Below, piece after piece: positions 1 to 11,264 of a stretch of 64,000 nucleotides of DNA. The DNA is from an uncultured delta proteobacterium. GTDB taxonomy: Bacteria > Desulfobacterota > WTBG01 > CAIYCZ01. A program made the position numbers and the translations under genes. The stretch is from assembly GCA_963803975.1 (NCBI GenBank), contig CAWDOY010000039.1, positions 30,911 through 94,910 of the forward strand. Direction: 5' to 3'. Within the stretch, counting starts at the first letter, position 1. Each line of letters begins with the position of its first letter. The notes below the pieces were generated by a model. The model was not told the origin of the DNA, did not search any database, and saw only the letters and a list, made by a program, of their open reading frames with translations.

Positions 1-360
1 AAAAATCATCGTACGCGTGAAATTTAACCAACAAGATCACACCTCAATATATTGATGCAGAAACAGCAGGACCATCGCTGACCCTGACGCTGGTGTGTAA
101 TGTGATTTATTCTCTTGAATCAGTGCCATATATTAAATTACTAAATATATATGGCGCTGATTCCCCCCGTTTCCACAAGAAAATAAATCTGATCCCATTC
201 CCCCTCCACTGGTGCCAAATGGCGCTATGAAAGTCTATCACTGATACAATGTGTCTTTGCAATAAATAAGCACGCCTATTTTTATGACATTGCATAAAGA
301 GGGCATACTTCTATATAGTGTATTAAACAAAATTTAACACACTAAATATAGTTTTTTTTC

Positions 361-388
361 TTGACAAAAGGATATTTTTAACTATATA
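361..388 (+). promoter_or_regulatory. possible sigma70 promoter upstream of the ParA-CBM48 gene
   Basis: TTGACA at 361-366 and TATATA at 383-388 (16-nt spacer) in an AT-rich intergenic region. Confidence 0.35.
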
Positions 389-605
389 GGTAATTTAATA
401 TAAATAAAAATAAGTTAATTTTATTCTGTTTTTCGCAATCTTCGTTTTTATTGTTCCCTTTATTGTTGGAAGAGAAAATTCTCTTTGAGAAGCTATATGA
501 TTTAAATGCCCGGAACAACAGAAGGCATTGAATCTATTTGCACTCTAAATAGAGACATTAAAGACAACAATATTAGTCCTGGGAAATGCCAGGAAAGGGG
601 GTAAT

Positions 606-1685
606 ATGCGGAAGATAGCAATTATAAATCAAAAAGGAGGATGCGGAAAAACAACCACAGCTATAAACCTTGCTGCCTGCCTCGCTGAAAAAGATAAAAA
701 AGTTCTACTCATTGATTTAGATCCTCAGGCACATTCAACCATTGGTCTTCTGAAAACCAATGATGACCTTGATAAGACCATTTTCGATGTGCTGTGCTTT
801 CCTGAAAATATTTCCATAGATGAAACCATAATAGTGCTGGGGGAATATTTTTCTCTAATTCCTTCACATGTCATTCTCAGTGCAGCCGAGCAAAAGTTAT
901 CAGGGGTATCTGGCCGTGAGGACCGGCTCAGAAACAGCATTGCAGCACTCAATAATACATACCAGTATATACTGATTGACTGCCCGCCTTCTATCGGGCT
1001 GCTAACCTTTAATGCGCTCAAAGCATGCACTGAAGTAATTGTGCCTATTGAACCAAGCATCTATTCTCTTCACGGCCTTACCAAACTCCTGGAAACTATT
1101 GATATTATCCAGCATGAGCAAAATCATTACATTTCCATTAAAGCCCTTGCGACAATGGTAAATATGCACACATCTTTTTGCAGAGAAATTATTAACAATG
1201 TCAGCAATCAATTTGGACCCAATCTGTATCACACGATGATTCGCTATACCACCCGACTTAAAGAAGCTGCTTCTTATGCTCGCCCTGTCTTATGCTATGA
1301 TAAACATTGCTCAGGATACCAGGATTATTGCCAGTTGGCTGAGGAAGTAATAGCAGAAGAGACCGTAACGACCAGGGTCAGAAAAGATAGTATGAAGGCA
1401 CAGCACGTTAGCCCCAGGAAAGTTGAAAATGGAGTAATATTTACTTTAAACGCCCCCCTTAATGCACAAGTGCTTCTTGTGGGTGATTTTAATGCCTGGT
1501 CTGCAGAGCACGGCGAAATGACCTATGTTCCGGAGGAACAGGTGTGGAAGCGGTTTGTTTCACTTCCTCCAGGGAAATATCACTATAAATTCATTGTGAA
1601 TGGTGAATGGCTTTTTGACCCGGCAAATCCTCATGAAGGAGAGAATGCTTTTGGTGGCAAGAACTCAGTCATACAAGTCAACTGA
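606..1685 (+). CDS. ParA/Soj-family ATPase fused to a C-terminal CBM48 (AMPK-beta-like glycogen-binding) domain
   Basis: Deviant Walker [20 protein letters not shown], Walker B ILIDCPP; last ~85 aa contain VGDFNAW...[23 protein letters not shown]...FGGKNSVI. Confidence 0.92.
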   Translation: MRKIAIINQKGGCGKTTTAINLAACLAEKDKKVLLIDLDPQAHSTIGLLKTNDDLDKTIFDVLCFPENISIDETIIVLGEYFSLIPSHVILSAAEQKLSGVSGREDRLRNSIAALNNTYQYILIDCPPSIGLLTFNALKACTEVIVPIEPSIYSLHGLTKLLETIDIIQHEQNHYISIKALATMVNMHTSFCREIINNVSNQFGPNLYHTMIRYTTRLKEAASYARPVLCYDKHCSGYQDYCQLAEEVIAEETVTTRVRKDSMKAQHVSPRKVENGVIFTLNAPLNAQVLLVGDFNAWSAEHGEMTYVPEEQVWKRFVSLPPGKYHYKFIVNGEWLFDPANPHEGENAFGGKNSVIQVN

Positions 1686-1712
1686 TTTCACGGAAAATCA
1701 GGAGGAAAGAAC

Positions 1713-2072
1713 ATGTTTAAGATAAAAAAGACCGCCAAAGTTAACAATGAAGCACAAAAAATTAGCGGCATAAAGAAGGAATACCTTGCGAGCGTAAACA
1801 TGTGCAAGGTAACTTTCACGCTGCCAAACAGTGCTGCTCCTGATTCAAAGAGCGTTCATCTTGTTGGAGAGTTTAATAATTGGGATATAAACGCTCATCA
1901 GATGAAACGATCAAAGAATGGAGAGTATACTATCACTCTCAAAATTGCGCCGGGAAAGGACTATGAATTTCGTTATCTCATCGATCAATCTAAATGGGAA
2001 AACGACTATCATGCTGATAAATATGTGAGAAGTCCCTTTGGAGATAGTGATAATTCAATTGTTACCGTTTGA
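1713..2072 (+). CDS. stand-alone CBM48 / isoamylase early-set domain protein
   Basis: CKVTF...VHLVGEFNNW...YEFRYLID...WENDYHADKYVRSPFGDSDNS; GGAGG RBS; 27 nt after the ParA stop. Confidence 0.9.
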   Translation: MFKIKKTAKVNNEAQKISGIKKEYLASVNMCKVTFTLPNSAAPDSKSVHLVGEFNNWDINAHQMKRSKNGEYTITLKIAPGKDYEFRYLIDQSKWENDYHADKYVRSPFGDSDNSIVTV

Positions 2073-2306
2073 AAACTTTTGTTTGCTGATAAAGTCATAC
2101 GCATTGCACCGAAGTTGAAGAAAAAAAAAGGGGGGGGTCAGCACCGAGAAATAAATTAATCTGTTTCATTTCAGTGTAGATTTGAAAATCAGCCATTGTC
2201 CGATGGAGTTAAAACCATATTTCAGAAACTGCCAGTTCAAATCCAAATTGCTATAAATTAGATTGCAGATGGCTGCTCTAACAACTGTTTTGAAACAGAA
2301 CCGACG

Positions 2307-3637
2307 TTACATTGTTAAAAAATTCGGAAAACCCGATCTGACCCGCCGTTCCATATCATCCTCCCGGTTCTCGCGCAGCTTGATAAGCTTTTCCAGAATC
2401 CCCGGCCGTTCATCGCTTATGGTACTCATCAGCTCTGCATAGGTCCTGCCGATGAGCCTCACCATTTCAATAAATTCCATGGTCTGGGGAAGCTTCCTGC
2501 CGGGAAGCTCGGCAAGATAGTCAAGCTCTTCCGGGCTCAGGTAGTCCTGGAAATCAAGCGCGCTGGGAGTGGCTGCGCCGTGGGGTTTATAAAAATAGCG
2601 CTCATACCACTCAAGATAGCTTCTCAATCCGCGCTCATTACGATTGCCTTCATTAAGCGCAATGGCTGCAGCCTGCCCGGCCATCCATCCGCAGCTGAGG
2701 GCCCCCACGTTGCTGATCTCCCGGCGCCAGCACGCATCGCCGATCAGCAGCACATTATCCTTATACGGCCGCTCTATGGGGCTGAACACATTTATCACGC
2801 AGGATGTTGCGTGAAGCAGCTTTGACTGTTTGAACCAGGAAGAGAACGTGGGATCTTTATGGAACAGGTACTGTATCAGCTCTGCGGGGGCTTTATCCCT
2901 GCGGTAGGTGAGCGCATAGACGTGGTAGTGGTTTGTCTCCGCTGCGGGAAGCATCGAAAAGAGCCCCTCCGGGGTTATCATAAAAATGAAACCTTCGGCA
3001 TCGGGACAGTTGAGGCCTTCAACCTCCCAGGATGTATCGCAGGAAGTGCCGAAGAACCGGCGCCCTTCATTAAAGCCCCAGATTGCGGGCAATGCGCGAG
3101 TTGATGCCGTCAGCAGCAATTAAAAAACTGCCCTCAAAAAAATTCCCGCCGCCCTCAACCAGAACTCCCTGAGGTGTTTTCCGTACTGACGTGATATTCG
3201 TGTCGGGATATATCTCCACCGCGTATTTTCCAAGATTCCTCCAGGATGCCGCGCAGCAGCAGCTCTTTGCTGGTGGCTACACCGGTGCGGTTTTTCAGCG
3301 GGTCTTTTTTCAGTTCGGCAAAATCCCCCAGCTCCAGCTTTTTGCCGCCCGGAGAATATATCTGGTAGCCGTATATATTCTGATAGGGCCCGGCATAGGG
3401 GATGGTGAACCCGGTAACCGGAAAGGCAAATGAATGTTGTTCATCGTGGAATGTTGCGCTTTGCCCGAAGGTATAATGGTTGACCCCGATCACCCCGCCG
3501 CAGGAGCGGTGAATCTTCGGGATGTCGGCTTTGCGGTCCAGCAAGGCAACCTTCAGCCCGTTTTCCCCTGCAGCCCGCGCTGCCATAAGCCCTGCCGGGC
3601 CCGCACCGACTATTATCACGTCGTATTTTTTGGGCAT
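2307..3637 (-). CDS. FAD-dependent oxidoreductase, geranylgeranyl-reductase/FixC-like (two frameshifts)
   Basis: DVIIVGAGPAG, SCGG; the bridging frame at ~3080-3230 reads VEIYPDTNITSV...FLIAADGINSRIAR; LLIGDA in the C-terminal ORF. Confidence 0.85.
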
Positions 3638-3727
3638 AGAATTTTCCCCTGCTGCTGTATTCTTTGTAAAAGGCATTTTAATGCCGGAAGAGAGAGCCGG
3701 CCCGACCGGGAGATGAAAAACAAGTCT

Positions 3728-3967
3728 TTATGCGCAGAGCTTCTGGCAGCCGGTTACCTTCAGCCCGATAATGTCTACAAACGTTTTCATCTTTGTAATG
3801 TCCAGACTATGCTTCGCGGCAAACGCCTGTATCTGCGTGCAGCTCAGAGCATCATTCTCCGCTGTTGCCTTCAGCTCTGCTTCAAGCTCCGCGCTCATCC
3901 AGGGTTCTCTTTTAGCATTATTCATTTTTTGCTCCGGAAAATGACAGGCACAGAAGTACTGCCTCAA
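3728..3967 (-). CDS. small Cys-containing hypothetical protein
   Basis: Intact ORF with LSC...KVTGCQ pattern between two co-directional genes; true start probably ~3925. Confidence 0.6.
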   Translation of the reverse strand: MRQYFCACHFPEQKMNNAKREPWMSAELEAELKATAENDALSCTQIQAFAAKHSLDITKMKTFVDIIGLKVTGCQKLCA

Positions 3968-3982
3968 ATTATATTAATTATT

Positions 3983-4609
3983 TTATGCCTGCAGCAAATA
4001 GACTGCCGCAACTCCATGTTCTGATGTAACGTGTTTATCAACTAAGAAATGCGCTTCGGCAATCAATGGCTCTAAACCTCCCCGCGCCCTGAAGTCGAGG
4101 TAATGAGTGTAGTGTTCGCGGCCTGCCGTAATCTCAAAAAACCTTCTCAAGGCCCTCCAGAGGTACCCCATGGGAAACGGATAGGGACCAAAATTAAAAT
4201 CTATGACCAGGACACGGCCATCAGCTTTTACGACGCGCTTGCACTCGGATAGAACGGCAGAACGCAGCGCGGCAGGCAATTCGTGCAGCACCAGGACCAT
4301 GGTGACCAGGTCAAACATTTGGCCCGGGAAGGTCAAGTGCGAGGCATCTTCCAGACGAAGCTCGGCGGCGTCACCCAGTTTGCGCCGCGCCTTTTCAAGC
4401 ATCGACTGCGAGGTATCCACCCCGAACAGTTTGCAGCCTGCTTTACGGTACAGGGCCAATTGTGTTCCCGTTCCACACCCGATGTCGAGAATTGATATAT
4501 TCTCCCGGGGCGGAAATACCTTTAGGCCAATCCTTCTTAAGATGCCGGCTGATGGCTCGCAGAGCCAGTCATATGCCTTTGCCAGGCTCAGGTACGGGTC
4601 TTGTTTCAT
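3983..4609 (-). CDS. class I SAM-dependent methyltransferase (UbiE-like)
   Basis: ILDIGCGTG, GVDTSQSML, FDLVTM..LHE, RVVKADG; RBS GGAGGGA. Confidence 0.9.
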   Translation of the reverse strand: MKQDPYLSLAKAYDWLCEPSAGILRRIGLKVFPPRENISILDIGCGTGTQLALYRKAGCKLFGVDTSQSMLEKARRKLGDAAELRLEDASHLTFPGQMFDLVTMVLVLHELPAALRSAVLSECKRVVKADGRVLVIDFNFGPYPFPMGYLWRALRRFFEITAGREHYTHYLDFRARGGLEPLIAEAHFLVDKHVTSEHGVAAVYLLQA

Positions 4610-4768
4610 ATTGAGTCCCTCCCTGCTTATTTAAAACTGCATATATATCTGAGGAGGAAAAGAGTCAACAAATACTTCGTGAGCCGTGACTAAGTGGCGC
4701 GGGGTTAGGAGCTGGGGAATGGGAAAATAAACGTGAAAAGGGGTGATCTCATTTCCTTCCATCCCCTT

Positions 4769-5741
4769 TCAACGCGGCGGCGCAGGTTGACTGACCGGGG
4801 CCTTCCCCGCCTGCGCTGCGTTTGCCGGGGTGCTGACTGTTGCCTGGGCAAGAAGCTCTCCGGGCTTGAGCAATCCCTGCGCAAACTGATGAACGCTTTC
4901 AGCGGGGAAGTAATATACCAGCAGAACCGCTGCATCCCCGTAAAAGCGGTTGGCTGATGAAGCTATTGAAAAGCTGAAACCGTCCAGCGCTTTCCTGTTG
5001 GTGAATTTCTGATCAAGATAGACCAGCAGCTTTGCAATAACAGAATCAAAAAAAGGTTCAGAAGACTCTTTTTTGTTCGTGTCCAGCCGCGCCATTGCAT
5101 CACCATAGATGAGAAGGGTATGAAAACATCTCTGGCCTTTATAGGTATCAATTGAGGCAAACAAAGTAAAATCTGCAAGGCTGGAGGCGCTGGCGGACTC
5201 AAGCTCTTTCTGCAGACGGCTCACATTGAGCCGGTACAGCAGCAGGTCAAACCCGTACTGGTCCCGGCATCTCTTGTCCAGGGACTGAAACTCAAGGTCC
5301 TGCAGCCGCTGCTGTGCCAGCAAGGTATAGTTGCTGCGGGAATTTTTCCGAAGAAATTCCCTGTAGCCTTCCATGGTATCAGCGTCTTCAACCCGCTTGA
5401 ACTCCAGCTGCGCAATTTTTTCAGCAGCCCGTGAGCTGTTGCGGTTTGCGGGAAAGGTCTTTGATGAATTCCCGGTACCCATCAATAGTGTCTTTCTGCT
5501 CACAGGGGGCAAACTCCAGGTCTTCAATAGTGCCCCTGGCTATAGGAATAAACATGTTCTCCGGATAGTTTCGGATGAACTCGCGATATCCCTCGATATT
5601 GTTTTTCTGCTGATAGGGCTTAAACTCTGCCTCCTGCCGCATCCGCTCTTCCTGTTCACTGTGAAACAGGGCGCCGCACCCCTGCAGCAGCGACAGCATG
5701 AGCACAAGACAGCACCACGTTTTAATAGTTGAGCTTTTCAT
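4769..5741 (-). CDS. lipoprotein with three xTxEGYREFxxxYP-type repeats (frameshift ~5455)
   Basis: Lipobox LLQGC; repeats NNIEGYREFI, DTIDGYREFI, DTMEGYREFL across ORFs 5421-5741 and 4769-5527. Confidence 0.75.
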
Positions 5742-5845
5742 ATAACGTCCTCTGTTACGTCCGGATAGTTATTAAAAGTGTCACGAGTCACGAATTTACC
5801 CATTCATCGATTTTCCCCACTCATCGCTCGCTGTTCGGCCATGAG

Positions 5846-5937
5846 CCCTCCGTAGCACTGATAAGGCTGGACAATCGAAACTAAAATTATACTTCGAAAT
5901 AACCAATAGGTTCGTTCCTTCCTAACACTGCGGAGGG
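5846..5937. repeat. REP-like inverted doublet
   Basis: CCCTCCGTAGCACTGATAAGG (5846-5866) and CCTTCCTAACACTGCGGAGGG (5917-5937) form an imperfect inverted pair. Confidence 0.45.
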
Positions 5938-8500
5938 TGGACACTCAGCACCTTACTTTGTGCCTCTGTGCCTTTTGCCTTTTTCCCCTTCTCCACTCCG
6001 CACACCGTATCCTTAAGCTGCGCGAATTTCCGGCCGTACTCTCCACCACCGAAATCCTGAAAACGAATTTTTGTTGCTGCAATGACCTCGCATGCATCTG
6101 ACTGTTTTCCCAGCTGGGTAAGCGACCACGCTGTCCCGGTACCGCGCTTCAAACCACGGGGGAGTTCCCTGCTTCAGGCCCTTTGAAAACTTCCGCCACG
6201 TATCAAATGCATCCTGCCACTGCTCCTGCTTCTCAAGGATAAGGCCGAGGCCGTGCATTGCTTCTGCTGATGCCGGGTCCTGCTCAAGCTTTTTCCGGTA
6301 GAGAGCTTCCGCCTGCTGCGGCTGATCAGTATCAGCGTAGAGTTCAGCAAGCCGCATTTGCAGGTGATCATAAAGATTTTTTCCTTTTAGCATCCGCTGC
6401 AACAATGCTGCTCAGCTTCTTATAGACGGCAAGCGCTGCCTGAGCTTTCTCTGCTGCCAGGGCGGTGTCACCCTGTGCCCGTGCATCACGGGCCTGCCGG
6501 TAATACTGGTCAGCATATTCGTTTATACATGCAAGGGTTTCCTGGTCAGCCGGCCCTTTGGCCGCGATGCTGCTGATCTCTCGCTCTGCGTCATCGAGCC
6601 GGCGCAGCTGCAGATAGCATTTAAGGCGCAGTTTTTTTACCAGGCCGTACAGAAGATCCCGCTGCCGGGTAACGGGGTACCTGCTCTCAAATCCCTGGAG
6701 CATTGGCAATGCCTTCTGCGGGTTTGGCTCCGGGCCGTTAACATAGAGCCGCGCCAGGAGATACGCCATATGCGCATCAGGCTCACTGCCGGCTGCAGCG
6801 CCTTTTTTCACTGCTGTTTTGTGCCAGCCTTCTGCCTGTTGCAGCGCTTCACGGTACAGCTGCAGCGCTTCATCTGACTGCCCCGCACCCTGGCGCACCA
6901 GTGTCTCAATCTTTTCAATTTGTTCCTGCAGCGTATCTATAACCGGAAGCAGTCCTGCCTGCTGCGCCTCGGCAAAGTGCGGGCGAATCGCTTTTGACCA
7001 GCGCAAACTCCTGCAGCGCTTCCCGGGCCCTGTTTTTATGCTGATAGTAGCGGCCCAGCTGAAAATGCGCTTCGCTTTTGTCCCGGGCATCGGGGCAGTT
7101 TTTTACATAGCACTCGGCAGCCTTTATGTAGCGGCTGTAGAATGCCTCGGCCGGGTTTGCCTTATAGGCACGCACGGCAGCCACGTAATAGAGGCAGGCT
7201 GCCTTGCCGTTGAATGATGATTTGGGAAATTTTGCAAACAGGGTCTCAAGGCATGAAAGCGCCTCCTGCCACTGCTCTCTTTGCGCCAGGGCATACGCCA
7301 GGCGGAAGCAGACATCATCAAGGTGCCGTTTTATAAGGGTGTCGGGCGCGCTGTAGAGGCGGCGGTAGCGCTCAATGGCAGGGTCATACTGCTTGCGCTC
7401 AAAATACCAGTCAGCCATGGCCATGGTCGCCCATGCTCCCCAGCTCGGCTTCAGGCACCTTCGCAAGCGCCGCGGCGTGGTCCCGCACATACTGGTAGAG
7501 AACCGGTGCCTGCGCATCGCTCGGCATCTGCGAGGCGCTTCAGCTCCTGCACTGCTTCCCGCTCAGACTTGCCGGCAGCGCTGCCCTGGGTTTCCGGCTT
7601 CTTCTCCGCAATGCCGAGCGCAATGGCTGATTCTAAATTTTTGATCTTTTCCCGCAGCGGCTGGGGCATGGCTTTCGGCTTAACCGTCTCTTCAAGCTCC
7701 TGCAGCTGCTTTACGGCGAGATTCTTTTTCCCTGTCTGATAACTGATCAGAGCCCGCTCATATCCGGCCTGTGCGTAAAGGGGATCTTCGCGGGACGACC
7801 GTTTCATCACCGCCTGCAGGTCTTCCAGCGCCTTGTCATATTGTTTCAGCTCCTTGAAGCAGAGTGCGCGGCCCAGGATGCAGCGGCCGGCAAGCGATTG
7901 TTCCTGAAAATTTATCCCGGCGCGCGTAAACCCGGAAACCGCCTCTTCCAGCAGGTCCGTCCGTGCTGAAGCGCGCTCCGTATAGAGCAGTGCCGCGTAG
8001 TAGCTGTTCCAGCCAAGCCAGTAGCCTGCAAGAAGTGTCAGGTACTGCGCCTGCTGCCATTCAGTCGAGGCAAATACACCTTCTTTATCCGCAGCACCGC
8101 CATGCTTCTCCTCCAGCACATCATCAATCCGGCCCTGGTTGTACGCAATCATGCTCCGCAGAAGCTCACCGTTTTTCAGAAACAGCGCTTTAAACTCGTC
8201 CTGCCGGGCAGCCTGCGTCAGGTCAGCATTCTGGCTCAGGTCAACAAGCCGGGTAACGCATTCTCCTGAGCGTATTGCCAGTCCTTTCTGCAGGTCAAAA
8301 GAAAGCTGGTTTTTTTCTTTCACGTCCGCAAAGCCTTTTTCCAGGCTGCGCAGCGTGCTGCTCACTTCGGCAAGAGAGCTCATCCCGCTCGCGCCACGGG
8401 CTGCCGCCGGTAATGAGCCGCAGAAAACAAGCACAGCGACCACGATACTGCCCTGTTTCATGGCATCAGCGAGAAGCTTCATATACGGTTCCTGCATCAT
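5922..8500 (-). CDS. large exported TPR-repeat protein (several frameshifts)
   Basis: Consecutive ORFs 7451-8500, 6915-7517, 6368-7090, 6013-6405 and 5922-6152 all give TPR-like helices; hydrophobic signal near the N-terminus; ATGA overlap with the upstream vWA gene. Confidence 0.8.
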
Positions 8501-9689
8501 AAATTTTTCAAAAACTCATCCAGGTACGATTCCCATTTGGTGCCAAAGGCAAGCACGACCATCTGCCTGATCACCTTCACCTCGTCAAGCATGAGCGCGC
8601 TTTCTCCGCCCCCGGCCTCTGCAAGCTGCCTGAATTCAGGCATAACCGTCTGCCGGCTCTGCGGATCAACAGGCTGAAGGCTTCTGATGCTGGTATCAAG
8701 CGTTGCCACCATGCCGCCCATCTGGTTTCTGAATTTTTCCACCAGCTCGCGTGCTTTCAGCATGTCCTGTTTGTGCGGGGGCGCATCGCCGATCAGAAGG
8801 ATTATCTTCTTTGAGTTCTTCTCCCAGTTAAACTCGCTGACCGCAACGCGCAGTCCCTCGTCAACCGCCTCTTCGTAGTCGGTTCCGCCTACCGGGTCAA
8901 TGCCCTGCAGGAACTTCTGCAGCTGCTGCGTCTTATGGGTGAGCGGGATATTTTTTCGTGACAAAATCATCTCCCCGGTCGCGGTATGCAACCAGCCCGA
9001 TCCGTGTGGTGGGAACCAGCATCTTAAACGTCATGCACAGGTTTGCGATCTTTATCTTCACCTGCCGCAGAAACTGGGCCATGCTGCTGGTTGCATCAAA
9101 AACAAACACAACATCCAGACCAATTTTCCGCACCCCCTGAATAGTCCTGCTGAATGACCCGAACGATTTGTCTCCGAGCCCGTAGTACGGCAGGCCCTTC
9201 CCGCCGATAGTATTTGCCGGGCCTCTGGGGCCGGCAAGCAGCGAGCGGTCAAGGGTCGGCGCGCCGATACGGTTGACATCCTCCCGGACCCGTATATCGG
9301 GGGTAAACTTCATGTCAGGCACCGGAGCATTTGATTCGATTTTAGGGATCGGCAATTCCTGTTTTTTTCAGACTTAAGCTGGTCAAACGCATCAGTGCCC
9401 CTGACTTTGAACTCTTCAGGGGTTTGAGGAGCCTGAAAGGTAAACTGAAGGTCGTTCTGCTGCGGGGGAATGATGGATATGACCGGATTTTCTTCCAACC
9501 CGTAATGCGGAATAAAGGCCCAGTTCACCTGGTAAAACGCCAGTATCAGCACACGTGGATAAGGCAGGACAGTATATATGCCGGGGGATGTTTTATAAAA
9601 TGCCGTATGGTTTTGGCATTGCGCATGCTGCAGCTCTTTCAATCGTTGTGGTAATGCTATCCCGTGCTTCAAGCAGCACTGCGATCCAT
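8497..9689 (-). CDS. membrane-anchored vWA-domain protein with TonB-like N-terminal helix (frameshifts; start approximate)
   Basis: DVVFVFDATSSM, LVAYRDRGD, GGTDYEEAV, ILLIGDAPPH; N-terminal AYILSCLIHV at ~9555-9580 and a Pro-rich linker. Confidence 0.8.
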
Positions 9690-9768
9690 GGAGACGCTTT
9701 CCCGCTACTCAGGCCTGGCACTAGTCATGAGGAAGTAAATTCGTCATCAAAGGTATGGATCGAAGCGC

Positions 9769-10201
9769 TTAGCTCGCCGGCGCTGCTGCCGGCGACTGGT
9801 GCCGGCGCTCGGTGGTCAGGCTGATGTTGTGCATGCCGCCGGCTTCGACCTGATCGATCACATCGACCAGCATCGCAATATCAACCTTCTGGTCAGCGTA
9901 AATCACGGCACACTCGGGCTGCTGCTGCATCAGCAGCGGTTATTTTGTCGGTGAGCAGCCCCTGGGTTACCGGCTCATTGTTGAGATACACGCTGCCGTC
10001 GGGCTTTACGGCAATGATGATGTTTTTGGTCGGTGTCTGCTTCTCTGATGAGGATTGGGGAAGCTGCACCTGAATGGAGTTGAGCACCATGACCGGGGTG
10101 ATGATCATGAAGATAATGAGCAGCACCAGGGCCACATCAATCAGCGGGACCATGTTGATATCGCTCAGAAACGGCGTTTCAGAGGTATTTTTTATGTACA
10201 T
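9769..10201 (-). CDS. ExbD/TolR-family protein (frameshift ~9940)
   Basis: INMVPLIDVALVLLIIFMI; the shifted frame continues AVIYADQKV...VDVIDQVEAGGMHNISL to TAA at 9769. Confidence 0.9.
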
Positions 10202-10203
10202 GA

Positions 10204-10806
10204 TTATTTACCTCCGCGGTATATGAGCACGGTTGCAATGTGATCCAGTTCAAGGCTCAGCTTTCGGGCTCGTTTCAAAAAGTAGTTGTATGCCACGACT
10301 GCAGGGACTGCTACAAACAGGCCGGCCGCGGTTGAGATGAGCGCCTCGGCAATGCCGCTGGCAACGACCGACGGCCCGGCGCTTGCCTTGAGCGCGATGG
10401 CCTGAAACGCTCTGATAACCCCCACAACTGTCCCGAACAGGCCGACAAAGGGCGCGATATTTGCTATGGTGCCGAGCGCTGCAAGCCGGTGCTCCGCCTC
10501 CCAGCGCAGGCCCTTTGCCTCCTCACTCAAGAGAGCACCCAGAGCTTCTGCGGACTGCTGACTATGTTTAAGCCATGCCTGGACCAGCCTGCGGTGAGGA
10601 GTGTCCTTTGCCTTTAAGAAAGCCATGATCTCCGTGTATCCGTTCCGGGCGTTTTCAAGAAACTGCACCAGTTCCGGGCCTTTTTCCCTGCTTGAAAACA
10701 GGTAGTAGGCCTGATTAATCATCACCGTGACAGAATAGACAGACATTAAAGCAAGAATGATAAATGTCGGGTTGGTTAGATACAGGGCTACGTTATCGTA
10801 GGTCAT
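10204..10806 (-). CDS. MotA/TolQ/ExbB proton-channel protein
   Basis: LGTIANIAPFVGLFGTVVG and GIAEALISTAAGLFVAVPAVVAYN. Confidence 0.93.
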   Translation of the reverse strand: MTYDNVALYLTNPTFIILALMSVYSVTVMINQAYYLFSSREKGPELVQFLENARNGYTEIMAFLKAKDTPHRRLVQAWLKHSQQSAEALGALLSEEAKGLRWEAEHRLAALGTIANIAPFVGLFGTVVGVIRAFQAIALKASAGPSVVASGIAEALISTAAGLFVAVPAVVAYNYFLKRARKLSLELDHIATVLIYRGGK

Positions 10807-11039
10807 GGCATTTCTCCTTTTATGGGGCCTGCTTTTTATAACAAACAGATATAATTATCTAACCTCATATATACCTGCGGTGATGGTGAGTCAATGGCAT
10901 AGTGACATTGCGCAAGGTGGAATGAAGAAGGTTTGCTGTGAAAAGGGGGAGAGTGAAAGGTGGAAAGTGGAAGGTGAAAAGAGATTCGGGATTCGGGACT
11001 GACAGCGCAACACTGATGGCTAATTTCAGGATACCCGGC

Positions 11040-11264
11040 TCAGGTAAAAAGCCCGAGAACGAACCGGTTCATTTTTGCGCCGATACCGGTATATATAAAA
11101 AGCGCGATAAGCGCAGTGACGCCCAAAGCCACCAGCCATTTCTGTTTGACGGTGAAAGCGCTGCTGCGCAGCAACGCGTAGATACCAAGCGGCGGGAATG
11201 CCTGCAGGGAAAAAATAACTTTTGCCCGGTTGTTATACCATTTCGTTTTCTGCTGCTCTTCCAT
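11040..11264 (-). CDS. small membrane protein
   Basis: AAAGGAG RBS; KWY...FPPLGIYAL pattern with two hydrophobic segments. Confidence 0.7.
   Translation of the reverse strand: MEEQQKTKWYNNRAKVIFSLQAFPPLGIYALLRSSAFTVKQKWLVALGVTALIALFIYTGIGAKMNRFVLGLFT

Noticed and set aside
1..300. Possible 3' end of a gene at the window start
   Set aside because: All plus-strand frames are interrupted early and no family motif could be assigned.
2120..2140. A9/G8 homopolymer run as a phase-variation tract
   Set aside because: It lies between convergent genes, not in a promoter or coding region, and homopolymer lengths are unreliable in this assembly.
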